Below, one piece after another: positions 40,564 through 52,149 of a DNA stretch of 64,000 nucleotides. The stretch lies in the NCBI GenBank assembly GCA_902625895.1, contig CACODD010000002.1:20785-84784 (forward strand), read 5' to 3'. The notes under the pieces are model-generated. The model saw nothing but the letters and a program-made list of their open reading frames with translations. It made no database searches and was not told the origin of the DNA. Position 1 is the first letter of the stretch. Each line of letters begins with the position of its first letter. A program made the position numbers and the translations under genes. The DNA comes from an uncultured Alphaproteobacteria bacterium (lineage in GTDB: Bacteria; Pseudomonadota; Alphaproteobacteria; Methylaequorales; Methylaequoraceae).

Positions 40564-41066
40564 TAGTTTTTTAAATCAGGGTAAACCAACTCTTGTTCAG
40601 GTGGATAAGGACTAACAGCTTTAAATGTTTTAATGTTTTTAGAATCCCAAAAGATTTCAGAAAATCTATTAACCTTCTCCAGTAGGTCAAGGGTTGCTGC
40701 TTTATCAACGTTTTGTTTAGCTTTTGATGCTGCTAACATAATTGAGTGAGACAATTTATGGAGTTCAGGATATTTTTCAAGTTGTGGTTCTTTAATATAG
40801 TCACCCCATATAACTCTAATTTCATCTTTAACTTTATGACCGTGTTCCTCTTTTTGAGCTATAAGTCGCGAAATTTGTGCGTGATCTTTAGAAGTTAAAG
40901 AATCTTTTTTTTCTATTTCTTCGATTAAATCAACAAGTCGTATCATTGTTAAAACTGCAATCTGAGATGTTATTGGGTCATAAATCTTACAAGGAATATC
41001 GCAATGTGCTGAAACTTTCTTAAAAGGTCTAATTTTGTCTATAACATTAATTATTTTATATATCAT
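40563..41066 (-). CDS. sodN: Nickel-containing superoxide dismutase
   Basis: A pro-peptide is followed by the Ni-hook HCDIPCKIYDP. Downstream KYPELH and FW motifs match Streptomyces SodN. Confidence 0.9.
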   Translation of the reverse strand: MIYKIINVIDKIRPFKKVSAHCDIPCKIYDPITSQIAVLTMIRLVDLIEEIEKKDSLTSKDHAQISRLIAQKEEHGHKVKDEIRVIWGDYIKEPQLEKYPELHKLSHSIMLAASKAKQNVDKAATLDLLEKVNRFSEIFWDSKNIKTFKAVSPYPPEQELVYPDLKN

Positions 41067-41151
41067 TTTTGGTCCCTAATTTGTTGTGTTTATTAAAGTT
41101 GTTATTATTTAAGTTATATGTGTATATAATATATTATTTTTTTTAAAAAAA

Positions 41152-41757
41152 GTGCAATCTCAAATGAATAAAAAGAAAAAAGGTTTATTCTATACTAGAT
41201 ACCTTCAACAACAGTTATATTTTAGAAAAAATGATGTAGTCAATGCACTATTTAATTTAGAAAAATATCTTTTTGAAAACTTTGAATTTAATCAAGATAT
41301 ACCAATTTCTCATTTTAAACAAAAGTGGATTTACGATTGTATTTGTAAAGATGATTATTCGAATGAAATATCAAGCCAATTTAAAGTTTTTTCTAAAGGA
41401 GAGTTAAAAAAAAGTGTTCTATCATTAATTAACACATTTAGTCAAATACCTAACTTATCTGAGACACAAAACTTTTTAAATTCGTTTAAAAAGTTCAATC
41501 ATGAGTTCAATAAATTACTTACTTTAGAAAGTGGTAATAATTTCAAGACATATATTTATTTCCAAATTATCTTTTTATTTTATTTAAAGAAATTAAAAGT
41601 AGAAGAAAATTTTGTAAACAAAATCATGTTGGATTATAAATTAGTAGATATTTTTGAAACAATTTTTTTAGAAATATTTCTAAAAAAAAGAAATTATAAA
41701 ATTTCTAAAGTTTTCTATTTATCTAAACTTTTAATTAGATTAATAATAAAAAAATGA
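41152..41757 (+). CDS. Hypothetical protein (201 aa)
   Basis: ORF only. Lys-rich. No motif. Confidence 0.3.
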   Translation: MQSQMNKKKKGLFYTRYLQQQLYFRKNDVVNALFNLEKYLFENFEFNQDIPISHFKQKWIYDCICKDDYSNEISSQFKVFSKGELKKSVLSLINTFSQIPNLSETQNFLNSFKKFNHEFNKLLTLESGNNFKTYIYFQIIFLFYLKKLKVEENFVNKIMLDYKLVDIFETIFLEIFLKKRNYKISKVFYLSKLLIRLIIKK

Positions 41758-42008
41758 GATACAACATATTTAACACAATTTGTATTATATTGATAAACGT
41801 TCTTTTGTTTTTAGCGATTAACAATCATCAAATATTTGCATATATTCTTATAACTTTTTTATTTCTTTTGTTGAGTTTTGGGTTAAAAAAAATTCTTAAT
41901 TCTCAAAATTCTTATATAGAAAATAATGATTCAAGATCTAAGGATACACAAGAAACTGCTGAAGATCATCCTATAATAAGATCAGCAAGAAAAAGGTTGG
42001 GAAAGTAA
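41754..42008 (+). CDS. Small two-transmembrane-helix hypothetical membrane protein
   Basis: Two hydrophobic helices then a charged tail. Start overlaps the previous stop. Confidence 0.3.
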   Translation: MRYNIFNTICIILINVLLFLAINNHQIFAYILITFLFLLLSFGLKKILNSQNSYIENNDSRSKDTQETAEDHPIIRSARKRLGK

Positions 42009-44834
42009 TTATTTTTTTAAAAATTCATTGAGGCATTTACTTGTATCATTATTATTTTCCGATAACAAATGTTCAACTGTTCCTTCAAATAATATATGGC
42101 CTCCCTTATCTCCACCTTCTGGACCTAGGTCTATAATCCAATCTGATGTTTTAATCACATCTAAATTATGTTCAATAACAAGTACGGTATTTCCTTCAAC
42201 AACAAATTTGTGAAGAATTTCAAGAAGTTTTCGTACATCGTGCGTATGCAAACCAGTTGTGGGTTCATCAAGGATGTACATAGTTCTGCCAGTTGATCTT
42301 TTTGAAAGTTCTTTTGCTAATTTAATTCTTTGAGCTTCCCCTCCAGATAAAGTTGTAGCTGACTGTCCTATTTTTATATATTCTAAACCTACTTTTTTTA
42401 GTGTTTCGAGTTTTTTAGAGATCGAGGGGATGGCTTTGAAAAACTCTAAGCCTTCTTCTACAGTCATATTTAATACATCAGAGATATTTTTATTTTTAAA
42501 TCTTACTTCCAGTGTTTCTCTGTTAAATCTTCTTCCTTTACATAAGTCACAAGTTACAAATACGTCTGCAAGAAAATGCATTTCTATTCTCAAGAGTCCG
42601 TCACCTTGACAATTTTCACATCTACCTCCTTTAACATTAAAAGAAAATCGACCTGGTTTATATCCTCTGGCTCTTGACTCTGGTAGATGTGAGTACCATT
42701 CTCTTATGAAATTAAAACACCCAGTATATGTCGCAGGGTTGGATCTTGGTGTTCTACCGATTGGTGTTTGATCTATTTGAATTATTTTATCAAGATTTTC
42801 ATGTCCTTTAACTTCTTCATGAGAAAGAGGTTGCTCACTTGAGTTATAGATTTTTTTTGATAAAGATTTAAAAAGGGTTTCTATTACCAAAGTTGATTTT
42901 CCACCACCCGATACTCCAGTAATGCTGATAAACTTTTTAAGAGGAAACTTTACGTTTAAGTTTTTGAGGTTATTTCCACTTGCACCCTTTATTTCGACAT
43001 ATTTATCATCCATCGCAGTATTATTCTTATTTATTGGAATCATTAATTTTTTCGATAAATATGCTCCTGTTAAACTTTTACTATTTTTTATTATTTCGCT
43101 AGGTTTGCCTTCAGCAATTACGTTACCACCGTTTACACCAGCTCCAATCCCTACATCAATCACATAATCACTTTCTAGAATAGTTTCTTCGTCGTGTTCA
43201 ACGACAATTAGTGAATTCCCAAGATCTCTTAAACTTTTTAATGTGCTAATTAGTTTTTTATTGTCCCTTTGATGCAGCCCAATTGATGGTTCGTCCAGCA
43301 CATATAAAACACCAGTTAAGCCTGATCCTATTTGTGAGGCTAATCTTATCCTTTGGCTTTCTCCACCTGATAATGTGTTAGAACTTCTAGATAATTGAAG
43401 ATAACCTAGACCAACGTTGTTAAGAAAAGATAATCTATCAATTATTTCTTTTATAATTTTATCTGAAATTTTTTTTTTATACTCAGATAAAGATTTTTCT
43501 AAATTCATGAACCATTGCAAAATTTTTTCAATTGATAGATTTGTGATCTCACTGATATCTTTATCATTTATTTTAACTGCTAATGCCTCTTTTTTTAACC
43601 TAGTTCCACTGCATGTTTCACAACGGAATTTGCTTAAATATTTATTAAGCTCCTCTCTTTGCCACATATCCGATCTCTTTAACTTATTTTCTAAAAATCC
43701 CACCACTCCATTAAATTCTTTGCTGTAATTCCAACCAGTGTAATTATTAAAAATATTAATCATTTTATTGTCACCAAAAATTACTTTTTTTTTCTTCTCT
43801 TCAGCTAAATCTTTCCATTTTTGATTTGGGTTTATAGAACAATGCCTAGCTACTTCTTTTGTTAATTCTTGATAAAATTGGTTATTCTTATTCCATGGAA
43901 GAATGACACCTTCATTGAGAGATAATGAGGGGTTGCCAATAATAAGCTCTGGGTTGAATCTTTCCTTATAACCAAGACCATCACAAGATTTACAAGCTCC
44001 ATTGGGACTATTAAAAGAAAATAGTCTTGGCTCTATTTCTTCAATAGTAAAACCTGAAATTGGACATGCAAACTTTGATGAAAAAATAAAATTTTTTTTT
44101 TCAACTACATCATAAAAATAAATGACTCCATCAGACAAACTTATCGCAGCTTCTATTGATTGTGCTATTCTACTTTCGTATTTTTTATCAACTTCTATTC
44201 TATCAACTATGATATCAATTGAATGATTTTTCTTCTTATCAAGTTCAGGAATATTTGAAGAATCACAAACTTTCCCGTCAATTCTAAATCTCATAAATCC
44301 TTTTTTAATAAAATCATTAATTTCTTTTTTAAACTCACCCTTTCTGTTATTCACGACAGGAGAAATCAAATAAAATTTTTGTTTTTTTTTGAATTTATAA
44401 AATTCATCCACAATTTCTTGAACACTCATTGATTTAATTTCTTTTCCAGTTTCTGGAGAATAAGGAGTTCCAATTCTTGCAAATAAAACTCTAAAGTAAT
44501 CATATATTTCTGTAACTGTGCCAACGGTTGATCTTGGATTTCTAGATGTTGTTTTTTGATCAATTGATATTGATGGCGATAATCCTTCTATGGAATCAAC
44601 ATCAGGCTTCTCCATCATGTTTAAAAATTGTCTAGCATAGGAGGATAAACTCTCCACGTATCGTCTCTGACCCTCTGCATAAATCGTATCAAAAGCCAGC
44701 GATGATTTTCCTGATCCAGATAAACCACTGATAACAACAAACTTATTTTTAGGAATATTTACATTAATGTTTTTAAGATTGTGTTGTCTTGCTCCAATTA
44801 TTTTAATAAAGTTTTGATTGTGCTTTGATTTCAT
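42009..44834 (-). CDS. uvrA: Excinuclease ABC subunit A
   Basis: Two ABC modules ([20 protein letters not shown]). Zn-finger cysteines. 941 aa. Confidence 0.95.
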   Translation of the reverse strand: MKSKHNQNFIKIIGARQHNLKNINVNIPKNKFVVISGLSGSGKSSLAFDTIYAEGQRRYVESLSSYARQFLNMMEKPDVDSIEGLSPSISIDQKTTSRNPRSTVGTVTEIYDYFRVLFARIGTPYSPETGKEIKSMSVQEIVDEFYKFKKKQKFYLISPVVNNRKGEFKKEINDFIKKGFMRFRIDGKVCDSSNIPELDKKKNHSIDIIVDRIEVDKKYESRIAQSIEAAISLSDGVIYFYDVVEKKNFIFSSKFACPISGFTIEEIEPRLFSFNSPNGACKSCDGLGYKERFNPELIIGNPSLSLNEGVILPWNKNNQFYQELTKEVARHCSINPNQKWKDLAEEKKKKVIFGDNKMINIFNNYTGWNYSKEFNGVVGFLENKLKRSDMWQREELNKYLSKFRCETCSGTRLKKEALAVKINDKDISEITNLSIEKILQWFMNLEKSLSEYKKKISDKIIKEIIDRLSFLNNVGLGYLQLSRSSNTLSGGESQRIRLASQIGSGLTGVLYVLDEPSIGLHQRDNKKLISTLKSLRDLGNSLIVVEHDEETILESDYVIDVGIGAGVNGGNVIAEGKPSEIIKNSKSLTGAYLSKKLMIPINKNNTAMDDKYVEIKGASGNNLKNLNVKFPLKKFISITGVSGGGKSTLVIETLFKSLSKKIYNSSEQPLSHEEVKGHENLDKIIQIDQTPIGRTPRSNPATYTGCFNFIREWYSHLPESRARGYKPGRFSFNVKGGRCENCQGDGLLRIEMHFLADVFVTCDLCKGRRFNRETLEVRFKNKNISDVLNMTVEEGLEFFKAIPSISKKLETLKKVGLEYIKIGQSATTLSGGEAQRIKLAKELSKRSTGRTMYILDEPTTGLHTHDVRKLLEILHKFVVEGNTVLVIEHNLDVIKTSDWIIDLGPEGGDKGGHILFEGTVEHLLSENNNDTSKCLNEFLKK

Positions 44835-44908
44835 TTTCTTAAAAACTTTTAAAAGATTTATATTTTATTTAGAGTAATTATGATATTATAATTTTTTTTA
44901 ATATAACA

Positions 44909-45370
44909 ATGGCCGGATCAGTTAATAAAGTCATATTGCTTGGAAGATTAGGTGGAGACCCAGAAATCAGAGTTTCTCAAGAGGGAACAAAAATAGCTAG
45001 GTTCTCAGTTGCTACAAGTGAATCTTGGAAAGACAAGACAACAAACGAGAAAAAAGAAAAAACCGATTGGCATAAGATTGTAATTTTCTCATCTGGGCTA
45101 TCTGAAATAGTAGAGAAATTTCTTAAGAAAGGTTCTTTAGTATATTTAGAAGGTCAAATTAGATCCAGAAAATTCAAGGATCAAGCTGACGTTGAAAAAA
45201 CAACAACTGAAATAATACTTCAAGGATATAATTGCCAGTTGACAATGTTAGACAACAAATCCGATGATTTTCAAAAATTGAACTCTCCTAACATTGAAAA
45301 CTCTTCGGTTGAAAAAAAAATTGATGAATCCCCACAAGATTTTGATATTGAGGATGAAGTCCCTTTTTAA
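44909..45370 (+). CDS. ssb: Single-stranded DNA-binding protein
   Basis: OB-fold N-terminus (VNKVILLGRLGGDPE). Acidic tail DIEDEVPF. Confidence 0.9.
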   Translation: MAGSVNKVILLGRLGGDPEIRVSQEGTKIARFSVATSESWKDKTTNEKKEKTDWHKIVIFSSGLSEIVEKFLKKGSLVYLEGQIRSRKFKDQADVEKTTTEIILQGYNCQLTMLDNKSDDFQKLNSPNIENSSVEKKIDESPQDFDIEDEVPF

Positions 45371-45382
45371 AACAAAAAATTT

Positions 45383-48019
45383 ATGATTGACGATAGTAAG
45401 CCAGAAAATATAGAGAACGAAAGTATTTTTATAGAAAGGGAAATGGAGAACTCTTTCCTAGACTATGCAATGAGTGTAATAGTTTCTCGGGCTTTACCAG
45501 ATGTATGTGATGGGTTAAAACCAGTTCATAGGAGAATTATTTATGCAATGAATGAAGCTGGGTACACTTCAGGTAAACCCTCAAGAAAATCTGCAAGAAT
45601 TGTTGGTGATGTTATGGGTAAATACCATCCGCATGGTGATTCTGCTATATATGACGCAATGGTTCGATTAGCCCAGAATTTTAGTATGAGAGTTCCGCTT
45701 ATTGATGGTCAAGGAAATTTTGGTTCAATGGATGGAGATTCTGCAGCTGCTATGAGATATACAGAAGCTAAGTTATCTCCAATTGCTTCATTTCTTGTAA
45801 ATGATATTGATAACGAGACCGTCAATTTTAAAGAAAATTATGATGGAACAGCTTTTGAACCAGAACTACTTCCTGCTGAGTTTCCAAACTTATTGATAAA
45901 TGGTTCAGAGGGAATTGCTGTTGGTATGGCAACCAAAATTCCTCCACATTGCCCAAATGAAATTATTGATGCGTGTTGTAAAATTATTTTAGAACCTAAT
46001 GCCTCAGATGAAGATTTACTTGACTTAGTGAAAGGACCAGATTTCCCAACTGGAGGAATAATTGTTGGGAAAAGTGGTATCAAAGATGCTTATTCGAAAG
46101 GAAAAGGTTCAATAATAATTAGAGCTAAAACATCCGTAGAAAATTCAAAAAAAGGGAGGGAATCAATAATTATTTCAGAGATTCCTTATTCAATAAAGAA
46201 GTCTCAATTAATTGAAAATATTGCAAAAGTAGCAAAAGAAAAGATTATAGACGGAATTTCCGAACTAAGAGATGAATCGAACAGAGAAGGGGTGAGAGTT
46301 GTAATTGATTTAAAAAGAGATGTTCAAGCTGATGTGGTGATGAACCAACTATACAAATTTACATCATTGCAAACCTCTTTTGGGATAAATATGTTGGCAT
46401 TAAACAATGGTGTACCAGAACTATTAAATTTAAGAAGATATTTAGAACTTTTCACAAAGTTTAGGAAAGATGTCGTTTATAAAAGAACCAAATATCATTT
46501 AAAGAAAACAAGAGAAAAGGCACACATACTATTAGGACTTTCTGTAGCTCTAGAAAATATTGACCAAATAATTGAACTTATTAAATCCTCTAAAGATTCA
46601 AATGATGCAAAAAACAAATTAACTTCTCAAAATTGGAAAATCCCAACTGATGATTTCATAAAAGATTTTATTAACTCAGATAATGAAGGCTTAATTGAAA
46701 CTGATAATTTTAAGATCACTGATACCCAAGCTAAAGCAATTTTAGAGATTAAGTTGAGTAGACTAACAGGATTAGAGAGATCGAAATTAATTAATGATCT
46801 GAAGGAATGTGTAAATTTAATAAATAATTTTTTAAAAATTTTATCTTCTAAAGATAAACTTAACGAAGTAATTATTGAAGAATTACATCAAATAAAAGAA
46901 AAAATAGGATCTTTACGACAAACTGAGATTTCAGAGAGTGAAGAAATCATTGATGACGAATCACTCATTAAGTCCGAGGATGTTGTTGTTACCTTAACGC
47001 ATACAGGATATATAAAAAGGGTTCCACTAAATTCCTATAGAGCACAAAAGCGAGGTGGAAAAGGCAGAGCTGGAATGACAACTAAACAAGAAGACTTTGT
47101 CAGCGAGGTTTTTGCAGTAAATACACTTGCTCCATTACTATTTTTTTCATCAAGAGGAATAGTATATAAACTGAAGACATACAAATTGCCGATTGGAAGC
47201 CCGACTTCTAAAGGAAAAGCTTTGGTAAATTTACTCCCTTTAAGAAGTGGAGAAAAAATAACAGCAATAATGCCATATGATATTTCAGAAAATAATATAA
47301 TTTTTGCAACGTCTTCAGGAAACATTAGAAGAAATAAACTTACTGATTTTCACAACATCAATTCAAACGGAAAAATTGCTATGAAACTAAATGAAAACGA
47401 CAAGCTGGTGAATGTATTAACATGTTCAGAAGATTCAAATATCTTCTTATCAACTAAACTAGGAAAATGTATCCGATTTTCATGCAGTGATCTCAGAATT
47501 TTCTCAGGTAGATCCTCAATAGGCGTGAGAGGTATAAAACTTTCCAAAGGTGATACAGTTATTTCTTTAGCGATTCTTAATGGTATTGACTTTGATGTTA
47601 ATGAAAGAGACGAGTATTTGAGAATAAGCACTTTGATGAGAAAAAATGAAAAGATAGAAAATAAGAATTTAAATAATGCAAAGTTTGAAAATTTGAAAGA
47701 AAATGAAGAATTTATTTTAAGTGTTACAGATAAGGGTTTTGGTAAAAGAAGCTCTGCTTTTGAATACAGAAAAACCAAAAGAGGTGGACTTGGTATTGCA
47801 AATATGCAGCTAAGTGAAAGAAATGGAAGTCAGGTAGTAGCGTCTTTTCCAATTAATAACAGTGATCAGCTAGTTCTGGTTACAGATAAGGGAAAGTTAA
47901 TTAGATGTCCTGTCAATGATGTTAGAATTGGGGGAAGACAAACTCAGGGTGTTACGCTTTTCAATGTATCTGATGAAGAAAAAGTTGTTTCCGTTGCTAA
48001 ATTAGAGGAAAATGACTGA
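45383..48019 (+). CDS. gyrA: DNA gyrase subunit A
   Basis: [15 protein letters not shown]. Active-site AAMRYTE (Tyr). [15 protein letters not shown]-terminal beta-pinwheel. 878 aa. Confidence 0.9.
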   Translation: MIDDSKPENIENESIFIEREMENSFLDYAMSVIVSRALPDVCDGLKPVHRRIIYAMNEAGYTSGKPSRKSARIVGDVMGKYHPHGDSAIYDAMVRLAQNFSMRVPLIDGQGNFGSMDGDSAAAMRYTEAKLSPIASFLVNDIDNETVNFKENYDGTAFEPELLPAEFPNLLINGSEGIAVGMATKIPPHCPNEIIDACCKIILEPNASDEDLLDLVKGPDFPTGGIIVGKSGIKDAYSKGKGSIIIRAKTSVENSKKGRESIIISEIPYSIKKSQLIENIAKVAKEKIIDGISELRDESNREGVRVVIDLKRDVQADVVMNQLYKFTSLQTSFGINMLALNNGVPELLNLRRYLELFTKFRKDVVYKRTKYHLKKTREKAHILLGLSVALENIDQIIELIKSSKDSNDAKNKLTSQNWKIPTDDFIKDFINSDNEGLIETDNFKITDTQAKAILEIKLSRLTGLERSKLINDLKECVNLINNFLKILSSKDKLNEVIIEELHQIKEKIGSLRQTEISESEEIIDDESLIKSEDVVVTLTHTGYIKRVPLNSYRAQKRGGKGRAGMTTKQEDFVSEVFAVNTLAPLLFFSSRGIVYKLKTYKLPIGSPTSKGKALVNLLPLRSGEKITAIMPYDISENNIIFATSSGNIRRNKLTDFHNINSNGKIAMKLNENDKLVNVLTCSEDSNIFLSTKLGKCIRFSCSDLRIFSGRSSIGVRGIKLSKGDTVISLAILNGIDFDVNERDEYLRISTLMRKNEKIENKNLNNAKFENLKENEEFILSVTDKGFGKRSSAFEYRKTKRGGLGIANMQLSERNGSQVVASFPINNSDQLVLVTDKGKLIRCPVNDVRIGGRQTQGVTLFNVSDEEKVVSVAKLEEND

Positions 48020-48518
48020 TAATCTTATTACAGGAATTTATCCTGGAACATTTGATCCTGTGACTTTCGGGCACCTAGATATTATCCAACGAGCTTCTCA
48101 CATTGTTAATAAATTAATCATAAGTGTTGCTGAAAATAAACATAAAAAGCCTTTTTTTAAAATAGACGAGAGGATTATTATGATTAAAGATTCGTTAAAC
48201 GATATTGATACTAAAAATTGTGACATAGACGTTGTAGGTTTTGATAATTTGTTAGTTGAACATGCTAAAAAATGTGAAGCAAAAGTTATTATCAGAGGCC
48301 TAAGAGCTGTAGCAGATTTTGAATATGAGTTTCAGATGGCAGGGATGAATTCAAAGTTAGGTCCTGAGATAGAGACAATTTTTTTAATGGCATCCGAAAA
48401 TCTTCAGTTAACTTCTGCAAGATTTGTAAAAGAAATTGCATTGTATGATGGTGAGATTAACAATTTTGTTCCAGACAACGTTCTTAAAATGTTTGAAATT
48501 AAAAGAAAGGAAAAATAA
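48012..48518 (+). CDS. coaD: Phosphopantetheine adenylyltransferase
   Basis: [18 protein letters not shown]. Confidence 0.9.
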   Translation: MTDNLITGIYPGTFDPVTFGHLDIIQRASHIVNKLIISVAENKHKKPFFKIDERIIMIKDSLNDIDTKNCDIDVVGFDNLLVEHAKKCEAKVIIRGLRAVADFEYEFQMAGMNSKLGPEIETIFLMASENLQLTSARFVKEIALYDGEINNFVPDNVLKMFEIKRKEK

Positions 48519-49045
48519 TGTTTAAATTTTTAAGATATTTTATACAAACTTGCTTATTTTTTATTTTTACTAATACTATGGCAACAGAGAGTCCAGTGCT
48601 TCACATGGTTTTAGAGAAAGGGATTGTAAAGATTAAGACTTTTTCAGAAAAAGCCCCTAATACAGTTAAAAGGATAATAGAATTGTCGGAATCTGGGTTT
48701 TATGATGGTTTGACTTTCCATAGAGTCATATCTGGTTTCATGGCTCAAGGAGGAGATCCAAAAGGCGATGGAACTGGTGGAAGTGGTAGGAATATTAAAG
48801 CTGAATTTAACGATATTAAACATGAACGAGGAATTGTATCAATGGCAAGGGCAAATGACCCAGATTCAGCTGATAGTCAATTTTTTATTTGTTACGACAG
48901 TCATCCATTTTTGGATGGGAAATATACAGTATGGGGTAAAGTTATTGAAGGGATGAATTTAATTGATAGAATTCCAGAGGGAAAAGGACAAAACGGACAA
49001 GTTCTTAGAAACCCTACAAAAATAATTACAATAAGATTAAAATAA
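48518..49045 (+). CDS. ppiB: Peptidyl-prolyl cis-trans isomerase, cyclophilin type
   Basis: FHRVISGFMAQGGDP...GTGG. Signal-like N-terminus. Confidence 0.85.
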   Translation: MFKFLRYFIQTCLFFIFTNTMATESPVLHMVLEKGIVKIKTFSEKAPNTVKRIIELSESGFYDGLTFHRVISGFMAQGGDPKGDGTGGSGRNIKAEFNDIKHERGIVSMARANDPDSADSQFFICYDSHPFLDGKYTVWGKVIEGMNLIDRIPEGKGQNGQVLRNPTKIITIRLK

Positions 49046-49098
49046 AATAAATTTTTGTTGTGAAAATCATATAATTTTACTATATCCTAACTAACAAT

Positions 49099-49174
49099 GC
49101 GCCCGTAGCTCAGTTGGTAGAGCACTCCCCTTTTAAGGGAGTTGTCATGAGTTCGAGCCTCATCGGGCGTACCA
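49099..49174 (+). tRNA. tRNA-Lys (anticodon TTT)
   Basis: GCGCCCGTAGCTCAGTTGGTAGAGCACTCCCCTTTTAAGGGAG...ATGAGTTCGAGCCTCATCGGGCGTACCA. The cloverleaf closes, with anticodon loop CTTTTAA. Confidence 0.85.
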
Positions 49175-49191
49175 AAAGACTTGAGTGCTAA

Positions 49192-49815
49192 ATGTGGGCT
49201 AGATTAAAAAACTATTTTTTTACTGGAATCCTAGTAACAGCACCGGTTGTTATTACTTTTTGGATAGTAATATCACTGATCAATTTATTTGATAGGCTTA
49301 TCACGCCTGTGATACCATATTATTTGAATCCTAATTTTTATCTACCAAGAGATGTTCCAGGATTAGGTCTAATAGTTCTTATTTTCTTCATGGTTGTTAT
49401 TGGTTCTTTGACAGCTAATTTCTTCGGTTCGTGGCTCCTAAAAAAAACTGATCTGATAATTCAAAGAATTCCATTGATAAAAGTTTTTTATAAAACAATA
49501 AAACAAATATTGGAAACGGTTCTCAAAACAAATTCTGACGCCTTCAGAGAGGCAGTTTTAGTAGAATATCCCAGAAAAGGAGTGTGGGTTATAGGTTTTA
49601 CAACAGGAGATGTTGAAGGTGAGATTAAAACAAAATTGAAAAAAAAACTTACTAATGTTTTTATCCCAACAACACCCAATCCAACATCTGGATTCCTTTT
49701 AATGGTTCCTAATACCGAATTAAAAAAATTAAATGTTAGTGTTGATGACGCAATAAAAACAATTGTGTCAGCAGGTATAATTAAATTAGAATCTAGACAG
49801 AATAAAAATTCTTGA
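49192..49815 (+). CDS. DUF502-family membrane protein
   Basis: An N-terminal transmembrane pair then a conserved soluble domain (…VLVEYPRKGVWVIGFTTG…). Confidence 0.5.
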   Translation: MWARLKNYFFTGILVTAPVVITFWIVISLINLFDRLITPVIPYYLNPNFYLPRDVPGLGLIVLIFFMVVIGSLTANFFGSWLLKKTDLIIQRIPLIKVFYKTIKQILETVLKTNSDAFREAVLVEYPRKGVWVIGFTTGDVEGEIKTKLKKKLTNVFIPTTPNPTSGFLLMVPNTELKKLNVSVDDAIKTIVSAGIIKLESRQNKNS

Positions 49816-51859
49816 AATTTTTTTCTTGATAAAAAATTTTCTGTAGAAACTCAATTTTATCTATGTTCTCTCTATAATTTTTTATTAAATATTCTGAATT
49901 TTCTTTAACAGAATTTAGAAGTGTATGATCTTCATGAGGCCTAAAAAACTTCCATGAAGGCAACCCAGTTTGATTTGTCCCAAAAAAATCACCAGCCCCT
50001 CTTAAATAAAGATCCTTTTCTGCGATTTCAAAGCCATCACTACTTTTTTTTAGAATTAAAAGTCTTTGTTTTGATAATTCTGATAAATTTTGATTATAAA
50101 TTAAAACGCAATTAGATTGAAGATTACCTCTAGTTACTCTACCCCTAAGTTGATGAATTTGTGCAAGTCCAAATCTCTCAACATTTTCGATTATCATTAA
50201 TGTTGCATTAGGAATATTTATTCCAACCTCAATAACGGTTGTAGATACAAGAATCATAATTTTTTGATCTTTAAAGTCCTGCATTATTCTCTCAGCATCT
50301 TCTTTATTTACTTTACCGTGAATAAAACCAACTTTGTTTTTAAATCTTTTCTTTAGATATTCATATCTTGTGATTAATGTTTGCTCCTCAGAGTCCAATG
50401 TTCCTATTGTGGGTAAAATCCAAAAAATTTGTTCATTCTTAATAAGTTTTCTTTCGATACCCTCTATAAGAGTTTCAATTTGATTTTTATTTATTAAAGA
50501 TGTAACTACTTCTTTTCTTTCTTGGGGTTTAGACTTAATATTCGATATGGATATTTCACCATACATAACAAAAGAAAGACTTCTTGGAATTGGTGTTGCA
50601 GACATTATTAAAGTATGACATCCAGTTGACTTCTCTAAAAGATTAATTCTTTGTCTAACACCAAATTTGTGTTGTTCGTCTATGACGATTAGACCTAATT
50701 TATAGAATTCAATAGAGGAATTGTAAACACTATGAGTTCCAATTAAGATATCGATATCTTTCTTTACTAAACGAGTGTAAATATCTTTTTTATTTTTGGT
50801 TTTACCAGTGAGTATTTCAGTTTTAATATTATATGGAGAAAGTAGGTTATTAAAATATTCAAAATGCTGATTGGCTAATATTTCTGTTGGAGCCATTAAC
50901 ACTACCTGAAATCCGCTTTTAATTACATCGGCAATAATTAAAAGTGCAACTATTGTCTTCCCAGAACCAACATCACCCTGTATTAGTCTATACATTTGTT
51001 TTTTTAATGATAAGTCATATTTTATGTCCTTCAAAGTAGTTAACTGATCTTTTGTAAGTTTGAATGAAAGTTTTCTTTGGATTTCATTTGACAATTCATA
51101 ATTTAAAATTGGTGGAATATTATTTTTTAAATTAATTTTTTTTTTTAGTTCATAAAAAATTATATAACTTGCGAGAAGTTCGTCATATGCAAGTCTTTGA
51201 CGGTTTTTATCGAGTAATTTAAATTCAAAAAGAGAATTGGGGTTGTGAAGGTGTAAAAGAGAGTCTTTGAAAGAGTTCCAATTTTTTTTTCTAAACTTTT
51301 TCAGGATCCATTCTTCAGGAAAATTATAAGATTCAATAATATCTATATGATTTTTAATAAACTTTCTGAAAATTTTTTTATTAATCTTTTTTCTTGATAA
51401 ATCGTATTGCGGTTCAAATTTGTCAAAATAAAAGAAATCTTTCTCATTTAAAACCCCTGTTGGGTGGATAATTTGAAGCTTATTCTTTACATAAACTAAT
51501 TTACCTGAGATTCTGTATGTGTTTTCTAGTTTAATATAATTTTTGATTTGAAATTCATTCATATTAAAGAAAAGGAGTTCAATTATTTGTTTTTTCTTAT
51601 TTTCGCATAGAATCTTAAATGGACTGTTTTTACTGTACTTTTTTTCATATTTATTTACTAACAAGTCACATGAGATAATTTTTTCGAAATGAATTGGTTT
51701 GATTTCTTCAACTAAAATATTCTCATTAATACTGAGTGGCATATGGGTAAAAAGATCAATAATTCTTTTTCCGAAATAGTTGATGATGTTTTTAATTGTT
51801 AAGTTAGTTTTTAAAAAATCGAAATTATTAAAAATATTTTTATTTTTTAAATTGTTCAT
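49793..51859 (-). CDS. recG: ATP-dependent DNA helicase RecG
   Basis: Walker A GDVGSGKT. DEQH box. Wedge/OB N-terminus. 688 aa. Confidence 0.9.
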   Translation of the reverse strand: MNNLKNKNIFNNFDFLKTNLTIKNIINYFGKRIIDLFTHMPLSINENILVEEIKPIHFEKIISCDLLVNKYEKKYSKNSPFKILCENKKKQIIELLFFNMNEFQIKNYIKLENTYRISGKLVYVKNKLQIIHPTGVLNEKDFFYFDKFEPQYDLSRKKINKKIFRKFIKNHIDIIESYNFPEEWILKKFRKKNWNSFKDSLLHLHNPNSLFEFKLLDKNRQRLAYDELLASYIIFYELKKKINLKNNIPPILNYELSNEIQRKLSFKLTKDQLTTLKDIKYDLSLKKQMYRLIQGDVGSGKTIVALLIIADVIKSGFQVVLMAPTEILANQHFEYFNNLLSPYNIKTEILTGKTKNKKDIYTRLVKKDIDILIGTHSVYNSSIEFYKLGLIVIDEQHKFGVRQRINLLEKSTGCHTLIMSATPIPRSLSFVMYGEISISNIKSKPQERKEVVTSLINKNQIETLIEGIERKLIKNEQIFWILPTIGTLDSEEQTLITRYEYLKKRFKNKVGFIHGKVNKEDAERIMQDFKDQKIMILVSTTVIEVGINIPNATLMIIENVERFGLAQIHQLRGRVTRGNLQSNCVLIYNQNLSELSKQRLLILKKSSDGFEIAEKDLYLRGAGDFFGTNQTGLPSWKFFRPHEDHTLLNSVKENSEYLIKNYRENIDKIEFLQKIFYQEKNFKNFYSV

Positions 51860-51864
51860 TTAAA

Positions 51865-52149
51865 ATGCTCCAAAAAGTTTTTATTATGAATACATCTTCT
51901 AAAAAAAAAATTCTGCATAGAGCTAAGTACAGAGGAATTAAAGAATTAGATATTATATTTGAAAAATTCGTCAATACATATAAATATAAATTAAACGACC
52001 AAGAATTCAAAGAACTTGAAGAAATTTTAAATCTGCCAGATAATCTTCTTTTGGATATTATTTTAAAGAAAGAAAAGGTACCCGCTAATTATGACAATCC
52101 TGTAATGAAAAAAATTTTTAAAACTTGTAACGATAAATCAAGTGAATAA
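51865..52149 (+). CDS. sdhE: FAD assembly factor SdhE (DUF339)
   Basis: RAKYRGIKELDIIF matches the SdhE RGxxE(L/M)D motif. Conserved position between recG and mfd. The true start is probably the internal Met (MNTSS). Confidence 0.7.
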   Translation: MLQKVFIMNTSSKKKILHRAKYRGIKELDIIFEKFVNTYKYKLNDQEFKELEEILNLPDNLLLDIILKKEKVPANYDNPVMKKIFKTCNDKSSE

